Assembly: GCA_043777275.1 (NCBI GenBank)
Contig: JAYVQD010000473.1
Span: 1-49,576, forward strand
Direction of reading: 5' to 3'
DNA length: 49,576 nucleotides
From: Nitrosomonadales bacterium
GTDB taxonomy: Bacteria; Pseudomonadota; Gammaproteobacteria; Burkholderiales; SG8-41
Each line of letters starts with the position of its first letter. The first letter of the stretch is position 1. Shown piece after piece: positions 38,951 through 49,576 of the stretch. Under the pieces are notes generated by a model. The model was not told the origin of the DNA, ran no database searches, and saw only the letters and a program-made list of their open reading frames with translations. The translations under genes were made by a program, and so were the position numbers.

Positions 38951-39271
38951 CTACTTGAAGTGACACACGTAATCGAGCGTCTCGATAGTCTCGATCTCAA
39001 ACGAGGAATTACCGGGCGCGTCGAACGATTCGCCTGCGCGCACCGTGCGCCAGCCGGGCGCACCTGCCAGTTTGACGTTGCACACCCCGGCGTTGATTTC
39101 CATCACTTCCGGCGCGCCGGTGTTGAAGGTGAGTTTGCTGGGGAAGATCACGCCCACGCTTTTGCGCGTACCGTCGGCAAACAGCACGGTGTGGCTGACG
39201 CACTTGCCGTCGAAGTAGACGTTGGCTTTTTTGACGACGCTGACATTATCAAATTGCACGAACTGTGACAT
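38951..39271 (-). CDS. ppnP: Pyrimidine/purine nucleoside phosphorylase PpnP (DUF1255)
   Basis: [14 protein letters not shown], a cupin-like 106-aa protein typical of PpnP/YaiE. Confidence 0.8.
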   Translation of the reverse strand: MSQFVQFDNVSVVKKANVYFDGKCVSHTVLFADGTRKSVGVIFPSKLTFNTGAPEVMEINAGVCNVKLAGAPGWRTVRAGESFDAPGNSSFEIETIETLDYVCHFK

Positions 39272-39282
39272 GGCGTTGCTTC

Positions 39283-40515
39283 CTACTTGTGGTGTTTGTT
39301 CAGCCTGGCGGCGATGCGCAGGCGCAAGGCATTCAGGCGGATGAATCCGGCGGCATCGGCTTGATTGTAGGCGCCGCCGTCATCTTCAAACGTGGAAATA
39401 GCCGGATCGAACAGCGAGTTCGGCGAGGTGCGGCTGACCGTCATCACCGTGCCTTTGTAGAGCTTGACCTTGACCGTGCCATTGACGGCGGCCTGCGATT
39501 GATCGATCAGCGATTGCAGCAACAGCCGCTCGGGGCTGAACCAGTAGCCGTTATAAACCATGCGCGCGTAGCGTGGCATCAGATCGTCTTTTAACGCCAG
39601 CACTTCGCGGTCGAGCGTGATCGATTCCATGGCGCGGTGGGCCTTCAACATGATGGTGCCGCCGGGGGTTTCGTAACAGCCGCGCGATTTCATACCGACA
39701 TAGCGATTTTCGACCAGATCAAGGCGGCCCACGCCGTGTTTGCCGCCGAGTTGATTGAGTTTTTCGAGAATCCTCGCGGGCGTGAGTTTTTTACCGTTGA
39801 TTGCGACAATGTCGCCGCGCTGATAGGTGAGTGATACGACTTCGGGCTTGTTCGGCGCTTTTTCCGGTGACACGGTGATGCGCCACATCGAATCCTCGGG
39901 CTCGTAGGCGGGGTCTTCCAGCACGCCGCCTTCATACGAAATATGCAGCAGGTTGGCGTCCATCGAGTACGGTGCGCCACCGCCTTTTCTTTTTTTGTAA
40001 TCGACGGGGATGCCGTGTTTGTCGGCATACGCCAGCAGTTTTTCGCGTGACAGCAAATCCCATTCGCGCCACGGCGCGATCACTCTGACGTCGGGCATCA
40101 GCGCATAGGCCCCGAGTTCAAATCGCACCTGGTCGTTGCCTTTGCCGGTGGCGCCGTGCGAAATCGCATCGCCCTTGGTCTTGCGCGCGATCTCCACCAG
40201 CCGCTTCGCAATCAACGGACGCGCGATAGACGTGCCGAGCAAATATTCGCCTTCGTACACGGCATTGGCGCGAAACATCGGAAACACAAAGTCGCGGACG
40301 AATTCTTCGCGCAGATCTTCGATGTAAATATTTTCGCGCTTGATGCCCATCTTGATCGCCTTGGCACGCGCGGGGGCGACTTCTTCGCCTTGGCCGATGT
40401 CAGCGGTGAAGGTGACGACTTCGCAGTGGTAGACATCCTGTAGCCACTTCAAAATGACGGAGGTATCGAGGCCGCCGGAATAGGCGAGGACGACTTTATT
40501 AACTTTATCGCTCAT
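39283..40515 (-). CDS. argG: Argininosuccinate synthase
   Basis: [29 protein letters not shown] and [17 protein letters not shown] are the canonical blocks. Confidence 0.95.
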   Translation of the reverse strand: MSDKVNKVVLAYSGGLDTSVILKWLQDVYHCEVVTFTADIGQGEEVAPARAKAIKMGIKRENIYIEDLREEFVRDFVFPMFRANAVYEGEYLLGTSIARPLIAKRLVEIARKTKGDAISHGATGKGNDQVRFELGAYALMPDVRVIAPWREWDLLSREKLLAYADKHGIPVDYKKRKGGGAPYSMDANLLHISYEGGVLEDPAYEPEDSMWRITVSPEKAPNKPEVVSLTYQRGDIVAINGKKLTPARILEKLNQLGGKHGVGRLDLVENRYVGMKSRGCYETPGGTIMLKAHRAMESITLDREVLALKDDLMPRYARMVYNGYWFSPERLLLQSLIDQSQAAVNGTVKVKLYKGTVMTVSRTSPNSLFDPAISTFEDDGGAYNQADAAGFIRLNALRLRIAARLNKHHK

Positions 40516-40523
40516 TTAAAATA

Positions 40524-40545
40524 CTCAATTAAAACAATTAGTTAC
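40524..40545 (-). repeat. AT-rich motif copy i, degenerate (GTAACTAATTGTTTTAATTGAG on the minus strand)
   Basis: It resembles copy d with about 3 differences. It lies 9 nt upstream of the argG ATG and 42 nt after the argF stop. Confidence 0.5.
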
Positions 40546-40586
40546 GATTATTTCGCAGATGTGCGGAATGTTGGGTGATGCGGAAA

Positions 40587-41531
40587 TCAGATCAGCTTGC
40601 GCGACGGATCGGCTTCTTGTGTGCGCGGCAGCAGCAGAAATTCGAGCAACGCTTTTTGTGCGTGCAGGCGGTTTTCGGCTTCGTCCCAGACAACGCTTTG
40701 CGGGCCGTCGATGACTTCAGCGGTGACTTCTTCGCTGCGATGTGCGGGGAGGCAATGCATGAACAGCGCATCCTTGTTCGCGGCGCGCATCATGTCGGCG
40801 TCGACGCACCAATCGGCGAAGTCGCGCTTGCGTTCTTCGTTTTCGGCTTCCTGGCCCATGCTGGTCCACACGTCGGTGGTGATGAGATCGGCGCCTTTGG
40901 CGGCGTCCATCGGATCGGCGAATTCTTCATAGTGCGCGTCGCCGTAGAGGCCCGCCCGTTCGGCTTCAACTTCATAGCCCGGCGGCGTTGAGACGTGAAC
41001 GTTGAAGTCGAGCACTTCCGCCGCCTGTAACCAGGTGTTGCACACGTTATTGGAGTCGCCGATCCACGCCACGGTTTTGCCTTGAATGCTGCCGCGATGC
41101 TCGATAAACGTGAAAATATCCGCAAGAATCTGGCACGGGTGATACTCGTTGGTCAGTCCGTTGATGACCGGCACGCGCGAGTTCGCCGCAAATTTTTCGA
41201 TGATGGTTTGCTCAAAGGTACGAATCATCACGATATCGACCATGCGCGTGATCACGCGCGCGACGTCCTCGATCGGTTCGCCGCGCGAGAGCTGGGTGTC
41301 GCTCGAGGTCAAATTGATGACCGTGCCGCCCATTTGCAGCATGCCTGCCTCGAATGACACGCGTGTGCGGGTGGAGTGTTTCTCGAAAATCATCGCCAGC
41401 GTGCGGTCGTGCAACGGCAGATGCGGCTCGTAGCGCTTGAATTTATCCTTGATCCAGCGCGCGCGGCCGAACACGTACTCGCACTCCTCGCGCGAGAAAT
41501 CCTTGAATTGAAGATAGTGGCGAATGGTCAT
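40587..41531 (-). CDS. argF: Ornithine carbamoyltransferase
   Basis: STRTR, HPCQ and HCLPA motifs. Length 314 aa. Confidence 0.9.
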   Translation of the reverse strand: MTIRHYLQFKDFSREECEYVFGRARWIKDKFKRYEPHLPLHDRTLAMIFEKHSTRTRVSFEAGMLQMGGTVINLTSSDTQLSRGEPIEDVARVITRMVDIVMIRTFEQTIIEKFAANSRVPVINGLTNEYHPCQILADIFTFIEHRGSIQGKTVAWIGDSNNVCNTWLQAAEVLDFNVHVSTPPGYEVEAERAGLYGDAHYEEFADPMDAAKGADLITTDVWTSMGQEAENEERKRDFADWCVDADMMRAANKDALFMHCLPAHRSEEVTAEVIDGPQSVVWDEAENRLHAQKALLEFLLLPRTQEADPSRKLI

Positions 41532-41587
41532 CGCATGTGCACTGCGGGTGAGGCGTTGTTGTTTGAGGTGCTGCGGTGCTGTGGTGC

Positions 41588-42787
41588 TCAGGCCGCTGCG
41601 GTTGCCGCAGACACCGGTTTCATCAAAAACGAGCGGATCAGCGGCGCGAGTTCGTTGACGAGTTGATCGGCTTCCGCGTGCGAGATAATAAGCGGCGGCA
41701 CCAGACGCACCACGGTATCGGCGGTGACGTTGATCAGCAGCCCCGCGTCCAGCCCGATTTTCACCAACTCGCCGCAGGGGCGATCCAGTTCGATGCCGAT
41801 CAGCAGGCCCTGGCCGCGGATTTCCTTGACGCCCGGTGTTTCGGCCAGCGCGCGCTTCAAGCTCGCGCGGATGTGTTCGCCAATGTCGGTGGCGTTACGG
41901 CAAAGGTTTTCACTTTCGACGATATCCAGCGTGGCAAGGCCCGCTGTGGATGCCAGGATGTTGCCGCCGAAGGTTGAGCCATGACTGCCGGGTTGAAACA
42001 GGGTGGCCGCCGTGCCCTTGGCCACGCACGCGCCGATGGGTACGCCGCCACCCAAACCTTTGGCGAGCGTCATGACATCCGGCGTTACGCTGTAATGCTG
42101 AAAGCCGAACATGGTACCGGTGCGACCGATGCCGGTTTGTACTTCGTCGAGCATCAGCAGCCAGCCGTTGGCATCGCAAATGTCGCGCAAGCCTTGCAGA
42201 TAGCCGCCGCCGCACACGCAAACGCCACCTTCACCCTGCACCAGTTCGGCAAGAATGGCCACTACGTTTTTGTTGGACGCGGCCACGCGCTGCACGGCTT
42301 CGAGGTCGTTGAACGGAACGCGCACAAAGCCGGAGACCAGCGGTTCAAAACCGGCTTGCACTTTACGGCTGCCGGTGGCCGACAACGTCGCCAGCGTGCG
42401 TCCGTGAAAGGATTTTTCGAGCACTACCACCGCCGGGTTTTCGATGTTTTTTTTGTGGCCGTAGTAGCGCGCGATTTTGATCGCGGCTTCGTTGGCCTCG
42501 GCGCCGGAATTGCAGAAAAACACCGTGTCCATGCCCGACAGTTGGGTGATTTTGTCGGCGAGTTTTTCCTGCGCGTCGATCTGATAAATATTCGACGTGT
42601 GAATGAGTTTTCCCACCTGGTCGCGCAGCGCGGCCACCAGTTTCGGGTGACTGTGCCCCACCGCGTTGACCGCCACGCCCGCGAGCGCGTCGAGGTAGCG
42701 CTTGCCGTGCGTGTCCCACAACCACACGCCTTCGCCGCGCTCAAAGGCGACAGGAAGCCGGGCATATGTGTTCATCACGTGCGACAT
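41588..42787 (-). CDS. argD: Acetylornithine aminotransferase
   Basis: Class III aminotransferase with LLMLDEVQTGIGRTG and MTLAKGLGGG (PLP Lys). The start is MSHVMNTYARLP at 42787. Confidence 0.9.
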   Translation of the reverse strand: MSHVMNTYARLPVAFERGEGVWLWDTHGKRYLDALAGVAVNAVGHSHPKLVAALRDQVGKLIHTSNIYQIDAQEKLADKITQLSGMDTVFFCNSGAEANEAAIKIARYYGHKKNIENPAVVVLEKSFHGRTLATLSATGSRKVQAGFEPLVSGFVRVPFNDLEAVQRVAASNKNVVAILAELVQGEGGVCVCGGGYLQGLRDICDANGWLLMLDEVQTGIGRTGTMFGFQHYSVTPDVMTLAKGLGGGVPIGACVAKGTAATLFQPGSHGSTFGGNILASTAGLATLDIVESENLCRNATDIGEHIRASLKRALAETPGVKEIRGQGLLIGIELDRPCGELVKIGLDAGLLINVTADTVVRLVPPLIISHAEADQLVNELAPLIRSFLMKPVSAATAAA

Positions 42788-42845
42788 AATGGTGGCACTC
42801 CCCAAAAAAACAAACGGCCACATTGAATTAGTGAAATGGCCTACT

Positions 42846-42879
42846 GGAAAAGCATACGGCGGCTCAAGTTGCCGCCGTA
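42846..42879 (-). terminator. Candidate terminator about 155 nt downstream of rpsT
   Basis: On the minus strand, a TACGGCGGC-AACTTGA-GCCGCCGTA hairpin is followed by TGCTTTTCC. Confidence 0.45.
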
Positions 42880-43035
42880 GATGACCGAGCTATTTTACCG
42901 CTAAGGTCTTGCAGTGCAAGCGAATTCTTGATGAGGAAGGGGCTTGGCGCAGAACGCCTGCGCGGGATACCGAGAGCTACCCTGCCGATCCGGCCCGGAC
43001 GCCTGACAGCGCGTCCCGAGTCTGCGATTACGGTG

Positions 43036-43299
43036 TTACGCCATCGCCTTAACGGCGGCGGACAGGCGGCTCTTGTGGCGAGCGGCCTTGTTTTTGTGAA
43101 TGATGTTTTTGTCAGCGATGATATCAATGGTGCTGGTCGCACGTTGATAGACCGCTTTGGCGGCGGTTTTGTCGCCCGCTTCAATGGCCTTCGCTACGTC
43201 CTTGATCGCTGTGCGAATCCTGGAGCGCAGGCTGGCGTTATGTTGGCGACGCTTTTCACTTTGCCGCGCTGCTTTGCGGGCGGATGCAATATTGGCCAT
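43036..43299 (-). CDS. rpsT: 30S ribosomal protein S20
   Basis: [26 protein letters not shown] is the typical S20 N-terminus. Length 87 aa. Confidence 0.95.
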   Translation of the reverse strand: MANIASARKAARQSEKRRQHNASLRSRIRTAIKDVAKAIEAGDKTAAKAVYQRATSTIDIIADKNIIHKNKAARHKSRLSAAVKAMA

Positions 43300-43488
43300 C
43301 TGTTACACTCCCAGTCGGGAAGAAAAAGAGCGCGATGATACGGATTATTAAGGATTTTTGCAAGAACAACCGGGTTCTTCGGGCGTGCCGCAGGGTAGCG
43401 GGCTCAAGCCCCCCTTTAAGCCTCACAATTCGCGCAAGCCGCGCCAGTCGTGCGAATCGTGATTCGGGCCTTAAGCCATGAATTTGCC

Positions 43489-45027
43489 ATGAATTTACTC
43501 AAAGCCCTGGCCACGATAAGCAGCATGACGCTGCTGTCACGCATCCTCGGTTTCGTGCGCGACGCCCTTATTGCACGTGTTTTTGGCGCGGGGCTGGCTA
43601 CCGACGCCTTTTTTGTGGCGTTCAAAATCCCCAACTTTTTGCGCCGTTTGTTCGCTGAAGGCGCATTTTCGCAGGCATTCGTGCCGATTCTGTCCGGATA
43701 CAAAAGCCGCCGTGGCGAGGACGAGTTGCGTGACCTTGTCAACTACGTTTCCGGCATGTTGACGCTGGCGCTGTTCGTGGTCACGTTAATCGGCGTGCTG
43801 GCGGCGCCCTACATCATCTACGTCAGTGCGCCGGGCTTCGCCAAGGACGCCGGTAAATTCAATCTCACGGTCGATCTGCTGCGCATTACCTTTCCCTACA
43901 TTCTGTTTATTTCGCTGACTGCGCTGGCGGGCGGCATCCTCAATACCTTCAGCCGGTTTGCCGTGCCGGCGTTCACGCCTGTGCTGCTGAACGTGTCGTT
44001 TATCGTGTTTACGCTGTGGCTCACGCCGTATTTCGATCCGCCGGTCAAGGCGCTGGCGTGGGCGGTATTGGCGGGCGGTGTGCTGCAACTCGCGTTTCAA
44101 GCGCCTTTCCTGATGCGTTTGCGCATGCTGCCGCGCTTTAAGCTCAATTTTAAGCATGAGGGCGTGCGGCGCGTGTTGCGGCAGATGGGGCCGGCGTTGT
44201 TCGGCGTGTCGGTGGGCCAGATCAGTTTGTTGCTGAACGTGATTTTCGCTTCGTTCCTGGTGACCGGCAGCGTGTCGTGGCTGTATTACGCGGATCGTTT
44301 GATGGAGTTTCCGGCAGGCATGCTCGGCGTAGCACTCGGCACGATTTTGCTGCCGGGTTTGTCGAAACATTACGCCAACAAATCCACTGAGGAATATTCA
44401 GCGTTGCTCGATTGGGGCATGCGCCTGACGTTTCTGCTGGCGGTGCCGGCGGCGGTGGGGTTGGCCTTGCTGGCGATGCCGCTGATTACCACGCTGTTTA
44501 TGTACGGTGCGTTTTCGGTTGCCGATGCGGCGGCGACGCGCGCGGCGCTGATGGCGTACAGCATCGGTTTGCTGGGCCTGATATTGGTGAAAGTGCTGGC
44601 GCCGGCCTTCTACGCGCGGCAGGATATCCGCACGCCGGTGAAGATTGCGGTGGTTACGCTGGTGATGACGCAACTGATGAATCTCGCGTTTATCGGGCCC
44701 CTGCAACACGCGGGGTTGGCGCTGGCCACGGGCTTGGGCTCGTGTCTGAACGCGGGACTGTTGTATTACCTGTTGCACAAGCGCGGCATACACAGCCCCA
44801 AGCCGGGGTGGTTGGTGTTTTTGCTCAAGCTATTATTCGCGGTGGCGATGATGGCGGCTGCGATCTGGTTTGCGGCAGATACGCCGCAACGCTGGATCGC
44901 TGCCGGCGCGATGGTGCGCGTTGCGTGGTTGATGGGCGTGGTGTCGCTGGGCGCCGTGGTCTATTTTGCGGCGTTGTGGTTGATGGGATTTAGAGTGCGT
45001 GACTTCGCCCGATTCGAGTCGCGGTAA
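43489..45027 (+). CDS. murJ: Lipid II flippase MurJ
   Basis: [33 protein letters not shown] and [12 protein letters not shown] are the MurJ/MviN signature. It is a polytopic membrane protein. Confidence 0.9.
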   Translation: MNLLKALATISSMTLLSRILGFVRDALIARVFGAGLATDAFFVAFKIPNFLRRLFAEGAFSQAFVPILSGYKSRRGEDELRDLVNYVSGMLTLALFVVTLIGVLAAPYIIYVSAPGFAKDAGKFNLTVDLLRITFPYILFISLTALAGGILNTFSRFAVPAFTPVLLNVSFIVFTLWLTPYFDPPVKALAWAVLAGGVLQLAFQAPFLMRLRMLPRFKLNFKHEGVRRVLRQMGPALFGVSVGQISLLLNVIFASFLVTGSVSWLYYADRLMEFPAGMLGVALGTILLPGLSKHYANKSTEEYSALLDWGMRLTFLLAVPAAVGLALLAMPLITTLFMYGAFSVADAAATRAALMAYSIGLLGLILVKVLAPAFYARQDIRTPVKIAVVTLVMTQLMNLAFIGPLQHAGLALATGLGSCLNAGLLYYLLHKRGIHSPKPGWLVFLLKLLFAVAMMAAAIWFAADTPQRWIAAGAMVRVAWLMGVVSLGAVVYFAALWLMGFRVRDFARFESR

Positions 45028-45125
45028 TGTCGCGGCGTAGGGGCGGCGCTGGTGTGGCGTTCGTGCCGTAGAGAGAAAACCCGCTATAATTCAAGCTTTT
45101 ACGTGCTAGCCACACCCTTCACGCG

Positions 45126-46079
45126 ATGCGCATCACGCGCGGCATCCCTGCTGCCGCAACCACTTCCGTTGCACTCACGATAGGCAATTTCGACGGTGTT
45201 CATCTAGGACACCGTGCGATGCTGGATGAGCTCGCGCGCGCCGCGCGGCGGCTGAACGTGCCATCGTGCGTGATGATTTTCGAACCGCAGCCGCGCGAGT
45301 TTTTTGCGCCCGACGTTGCGCCCGCGCGGTTGACGTCGCTGCGTGAAAAACTCGAACTGCTTGAGGCGTCCGGCGTGAACCACGTGCATGTGTGCCGTTT
45401 CAATTATGCGTTCGCGCAAATCACGGCGCAGGATTTTATCGAGCGCGTGCTGGTGCGCGGGCTGGATGTGCGCTGGTTGCAGGTGGGCGACGATTTTCGC
45501 TTTGGCGCGCGTCGCGCGGGTGACTTTGTGATGTTGAAGTCGGAAGCAGCGCGTTTGGGATATGAAGTGCAGGCGTTGCCGAGTGTGATGGTCGAAGGCA
45601 TACGCGTGTCCAGCACCGCGGTGCGCGATGCGCTGGCTGCCGGCGAATTGGTGCGCGCGACGCGCTTGCTGGGCCGCCCGTACAGCATCAGCGGGCGCGT
45701 GGTGCGCGGTGATCAACTGGGCCGCACGCTGGGGTTTCCGACCGCCAATGTGCAGATGAAACACAATCGCGCGCCGCTCGAAGGCATCTTCGCGGTTGAA
45801 GTCCATGGTGCCGGTGGTGCAGGGGATGACGCGGTGCGCGGCGCGGCGAGCCTGGGCGTGCGCCCCACGGTGAAGGCGCAGGGTGCAGCGGTGCTTGAGG
45901 TGTATCTATTTGATTTTAAACAAGAAATTTATGGGCGCCATGTGCGGGTGGATTTCTTGAACAAGTTGCGTGATGAAGCGAAATACGCCGACCTCGACAC
46001 GCTGAAAAAACAGATTGCACGCGATGTAGAGAATGTGCAAAAGTTTTTTGCGGGCAATGTGCAACGCAAAGTGAGTTAA
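45126..46079 (+). CDS. ribF: Bifunctional riboflavin kinase / FAD synthetase
   Basis: IGNFDGVHLGHRAM, GFPTANV and LEVYLFDFKQEIYGRHV motifs. Confidence 0.9.
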   Translation: MRITRGIPAAATTSVALTIGNFDGVHLGHRAMLDELARAARRLNVPSCVMIFEPQPREFFAPDVAPARLTSLREKLELLEASGVNHVHVCRFNYAFAQITAQDFIERVLVRGLDVRWLQVGDDFRFGARRAGDFVMLKSEAARLGYEVQALPSVMVEGIRVSSTAVRDALAAGELVRATRLLGRPYSISGRVVRGDQLGRTLGFPTANVQMKHNRAPLEGIFAVEVHGAGGAGDDAVRGAASLGVRPTVKAQGAAVLEVYLFDFKQEIYGRHVRVDFLNKLRDEAKYADLDTLKKQIARDVENVQKFFAGNVQRKVS

Positions 46080-46108
46080 TGATTTTCGCGGACACGGTTC
46101 GCATTTGA

Positions 46109-48979
46109 ATGAATATGACTGATTACAAACACACACTGAACTTGCCCGACACGCCGTTCCCGATGCGCGGCGACATGGCAAAGCGCGAACCGCTGATGCT
46201 CAAAAACTGGCAGGAGCGCAAGTTCTATGAGCGCATCCGTGCCGCGAGCAAGGGGCGTCCGCGTTTTGTGCTGCATGACGGCCCGCCGTATGCCAACGGC
46301 GACATCCATATCGGCCACGCGGTCAACAAAATCTTGAAGGACATCATCGTCAAATCAAAGTCGCTATCCGGCTTTGACGCGCCCTATGTGCCGGGCTGGG
46401 ATTGTCACGGCATGCCGATTGAAGTGCAGATCGAAAAGAAACACGGCAAGCATTTGCCGACCGCGGAAACGCAAAAGCTGTGCCGCGCCTATGCCGCCGA
46501 ACAAGTCGAACGGCAGAAGCAGGATTTCATTCGTCTCGGCGTGTTGGGCGATTGGGACAATCCGTATCTGACCATGGCGTTCAAGAACGAGGCCAATGAG
46601 ATACGCGCACTCGGCAAGCTGCTGGAAAAGGGCTATGTCTATCGCGGATTGAAGCCGGTGAACTGGTGCTTTGACTGTGGCTCCGCGCTGGCCGAAGCGG
46701 AAGTGGAATACGAGGATCGCAAGGATGTGGCGATCGATGTGGGATTTCCGTTTGCCGAGCCGGAAAAACTCGCGCGTGCGTTTGGCTTGCCCAAGCTGCC
46801 GGACAAACCCGGCTACGCGGTGATCTGGACCACAACGCCGTGGACGCTGCCGGGCAATCAGGCGCTCAACGCGCATCCTGAGATTGATTACAACCTGGTG
46901 GATACCGAGCGCGGGCTGTTGATCCTGGCGGCGGATTTGCAGGCGGCGTGTCTGGCGCGGTTCAAGCTCACGGGTGTGACGCTTGCCACCTGCAAGGGCG
47001 CGGCGCTGGAGCGGGTTAACTTCAAGCACCCGTTTTACGACCGGCTGTCGCCAGTGTACCTGGGTGATTACGTCACACTCGACACCGGCACCGGCATTGT
47101 GCATTCCGCGCCGGCGTACGGCATGGAAGACTTTCAATCGTGCCGCCGCTATGGCATGAAAGACGTGGACATCCAGACGCCGGTGATGGGCGACGGAAAA
47201 TATGTTTCTACGCTGCCGTTGTTTGGCGGCGAGATGATCTGGAAAGCCAACCCCAAAATCGTCGCGCACCTTGACGAAAAAGGTGTGCTGTTCGATCAGG
47301 CGCAGCACCTGCACAGCTACATGCACTGCTGGCGCCACAAGACGCCGGTGATTTTGCGCGCGACGATACAGTGGTTCGCCGGCATGGACGATGCGCCGGG
47401 CTGGAATGAGGTGAAGCCTGCCGAGTCCTTGCGCGCGACCGCGCTGCGCGGCGTTGAAAACACGAAATTTTTCCCCGCCTGGGGACAAGCACGGCTGCAC
47501 GGCATGATCGCCAATCGCCCGGACTGGACACTCTCACGTCAGCGGCAGTGGGGCGTGCCGATGCCGTTTTTCATCCACAAGGAAACCGGCACGCTGCATC
47601 CGCGCACACTGGAACTTTTGGAACAAGTCGCGCTGCGTGTCGAGGAAAGCGGCATCGAAGCATGGCAGGCCGTGCAGCCCGAAGAGCTGCTCGGCGCTGA
47701 TGCCGCGCACTACGAAAAAATCAAAGACACGCTCGACGTGTGGTTCGATTCCGGCTCCACGCATTTCACCGTGCTGCGCAATTCGCACGCGGATGCGTCA
47801 ACGTTCCCGGCGGATTTGTATCTCGAAGGCTCGGATCAACATCGCGGCTGGTTTCATTCGTCGCTACTGGTGAGTTGCATGACCGACGGCCAGCCGCCGT
47901 ATCGCAGCTTGTTGACGCACGGCTTTGTGGTGGATGGCAGCGGCCACAAAATGAGCAAGTCCAAGGGCAACGTCATCGTGCCGCAAAAGGTGATGGACGA
48001 GTTTGGGGCCGATGTTCTGCGACTGTGGGTGGCGGCGACAGACTATTCGAGCGAGCTGTCGATCTCAAAAGAAATTTTAAAGCGCGTGGTAGAGTCGTAC
48101 CGGCGCATTCGCAATACGCTGCGGTTTCTGTTGTCGAATCTGGCGGATTTCGACATCACGCGCGATGCGCTGCCCATCGGCGAATGGCTGGAAATCGACC
48201 GCTACGCGTGGGTGATGACCTGCGATTTGCAAGCCGCGCTGACGCCCTCCGAACCCGGTGTGCGCGATCCGCAATCCCCTGGTCACTACGGTAACTATGA
48301 GTTTCATCAGGTGGCGCAACGCCTGCAATCGTTTTGCTCCGAAGACCTCGGCGGGTTCTATCTCGACATTCTCAAAGACCGGCTCTATACCGCGCCCACT
48401 ACCGGGCGCGCGCGGCGCGCGGCGCAGAACGCGCTGTATCACATCACCCAAGCGCTGACGCGGCTGATGGCGCCGATCCTGTCGTTCACCGCAGAAGAAG
48501 TGTGGGCGACGATACAGAAAGGTGACACCAGCGTGTTTGAACAGACCTGGTACACGCTCGCATTGCCGCAAGATGCCGATGCACTGCGCGAACGCTGGAG
48601 CAAGCTGCGCGCGCTGCGTTCCGATGTGCAAAAAGAACTTGAATCCTTGCGCGCATCCGGGAAAATCGGTTCGTCACTGGCCGGCGAAGTGGATTTGCAT
48701 GCGCAAGGTGAGGCGCATGCGTTGCTGGCCTCGCTGGGTGATGATTTACGCTTTGTGATGATTACGTCGCGCGCGTCGTTGCATGCGGGGGCGGGCGGCA
48801 GCACGCAATCCAGCGGGCTGGCCGGGGTAGGGATCGGCGTTGCCGCGAGTACCTACACCAAATGCGAACGCTGCTGGCACTACCGCGCCGACGTGGGCGC
48901 GAACGCCGAACATCCGCCGCTGTGCGGGCGCTGCGTATCAAACCTGTTTGGTCCCGGCGAGCCGCGCGACCATGCGTAA
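46109..48979 (+). CDS. ileS: Isoleucine--tRNA ligase
   Basis: [25 protein letters not shown] (HIGH), KMSKS and a C-terminal Zn-finger CERCWHY...CGRC. An alternative start is ATG 46115. Confidence 0.95.
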   Translation: MNMTDYKHTLNLPDTPFPMRGDMAKREPLMLKNWQERKFYERIRAASKGRPRFVLHDGPPYANGDIHIGHAVNKILKDIIVKSKSLSGFDAPYVPGWDCHGMPIEVQIEKKHGKHLPTAETQKLCRAYAAEQVERQKQDFIRLGVLGDWDNPYLTMAFKNEANEIRALGKLLEKGYVYRGLKPVNWCFDCGSALAEAEVEYEDRKDVAIDVGFPFAEPEKLARAFGLPKLPDKPGYAVIWTTTPWTLPGNQALNAHPEIDYNLVDTERGLLILAADLQAACLARFKLTGVTLATCKGAALERVNFKHPFYDRLSPVYLGDYVTLDTGTGIVHSAPAYGMEDFQSCRRYGMKDVDIQTPVMGDGKYVSTLPLFGGEMIWKANPKIVAHLDEKGVLFDQAQHLHSYMHCWRHKTPVILRATIQWFAGMDDAPGWNEVKPAESLRATALRGVENTKFFPAWGQARLHGMIANRPDWTLSRQRQWGVPMPFFIHKETGTLHPRTLELLEQVALRVEESGIEAWQAVQPEELLGADAAHYEKIKDTLDVWFDSGSTHFTVLRNSHADASTFPADLYLEGSDQHRGWFHSSLLVSCMTDGQPPYRSLLTHGFVVDGSGHKMSKSKGNVIVPQKVMDEFGADVLRLWVAATDYSSELSISKEILKRVVESYRRIRNTLRFLLSNLADFDITRDALPIGEWLEIDRYAWVMTCDLQAALTPSEPGVRDPQSPGHYGNYEFHQVAQRLQSFCSEDLGGFYLDILKDRLYTAPTTGRARRAAQNALYHITQALTRLMAPILSFTAEEVWATIQKGDTSVFEQTWYTLALPQDADALRERWSKLRALRSDVQKELESLRASGKIGSSLAGEVDLHAQGEAHALLASLGDDLRFVMITSRASLHAGAGGSTQSSGLAGVGIGVAASTYTKCERCWHYRADVGANAEHPPLCGRCVSNLFGPGEPRDHA

Positions 48980-49442
48980 GTGGCTCGCGTTGGCTGCGGT
49001 AATTGTGGTGATCGATCAGATCACCAAGTTTGTCATCATGCAGAAATTCGTGTTGCATGAAACGCTGTTCGTCACCTCGTTTTTCAATCTGGTGCGCGTG
49101 CATAACAGCGGCGCGGCGTTCAGTCTGCTGGCTGATGCGGGCGGCTGGCAGCGGGTGTTTTTCATTGTTGTCGCCGTGGTGGCATCGATTTGGGTGGTGT
49201 GGTTGCTGCGGCGTTATCCGCAACAAAAACTGTTTTGTCTGGCGCTGGGGATGATATTGGGCGGCGCCATCGGCAACCTGATTGATCGTGTGTTGTTCGG
49301 CGCAGTGGTCGATTTCGTGCAGGTGCATTACGCCGGGTATTTTTTCCCCGCGTTCAATGTGGCGGATTCAGCGATTACGTGTGGTGCGGGGCTGCTGATC
49401 TGGGACGGCATAAAACCACAAAGACCGCAGGAGAACGGGTAG
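48972..49442 (+). CDS. lspA: Signal peptidase II (lipoprotein signal peptidase)
   Basis: [26 protein letters not shown] and FNVADSAI motifs. The start overlaps the ileS stop. Confidence 0.9.
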   Translation: MRKWLALAAVIVVIDQITKFVIMQKFVLHETLFVTSFFNLVRVHNSGAAFSLLADAGGWQRVFFIVVAVVASIWVVWLLRRYPQQKLFCLALGMILGGAIGNLIDRVLFGAVVDFVQVHYAGYFFPAFNVADSAITCGAGLLIWDGIKPQRPQENG

Positions 49443-49519
49443 GGCGGAAGCCGTCCCGCCATTCGCGCGCCGTACGAAAGGCGGGATACACTGCAATGCT
49501 GTTCACTTAAGCCCTTTGC

Positions 49520-49576
49520 CCGTTCGCCCTGAGCCTGTCGAAGGGCATTTGTGGTTCGACAAGCTCACCACGAACG
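49520..49576. repeat. Partial copy of an intergenic repeat at the window edge
   Basis: GCCCTGAGCCTGTCGAAGGGC ... TTCGACAAGCTCACCACGAACG resembles a REP-like element. From memory, its spurious translations read PEPVEG / FDKL..NG in many proteobacterial genomes. It is cut by the window end. Confidence 0.35.

Overview
This is a GC-rich, densely coding proteobacterial chromosomal segment. Gene content and order look beta/gammaproteobacterial and sulfur-oxidiser-like, but that is inference only. I saw no rRNA, tRNA, CRISPR array, transposase or integrase. The housekeeping blocks are mnmA, rluE, a cspA-type gene, clpS-clpA, xseB-ispA-dxs-folE-ribBA, yajQ-ppnP-argG-argF-argD, rpsT, murJ and ribF-ileS-lspA. 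Accessory modules lie between them. They include flavocytochrome c sulfide dehydrogenase (fccAB). There is a minus-strand operon of NarL-type response regulator, small coupled ORF, hybrid histidine kinase, a 973-aa patatin-like protein and DUF2784. In that patatin the catalytic Ser and Asp are separated by a roughly 500-residue polytopic membrane insertion. Further modules are two paralogous small membrane proteins behind a perfect CRP-type box, a rhodanese and a Rieske oxygenase. A tightly packed seven-gene arsS-arsM cluster matches the 'rSAM/selenodomain-associated' gene set. A DUF2282/DUF692/DUF2063 (bufferin-like MNIO RiPP) operon sits beside a divergent ECF sigma / NrsF anti-sigma pair and DUF302. 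The most notable observations are four. (1) An in-frame TGA falls at the first Cys position of a glutaredoxin-like CxxC motif, with a SECIS-like hairpin 16 nt downstream. It joins a 47-codon N-terminal segment to a DinB-like ORF, giving a candidate selenoprotein. (2) An AT-rich 16-25 bp motif (GTAAGTATTTGTTTTTATTGAATAA and variants) occurs about 10 times, almost always hugging stop codons or operon boundaries. (3) Two back-to-back TGTAACC-N16-CGAAT promoter-like elements lie between the bufferin operon and its ECF sigma gene. (4) The patatin has a split architecture and is wired to a two-component system. All functional calls come from reading the translations by eye, because no database search was possible.
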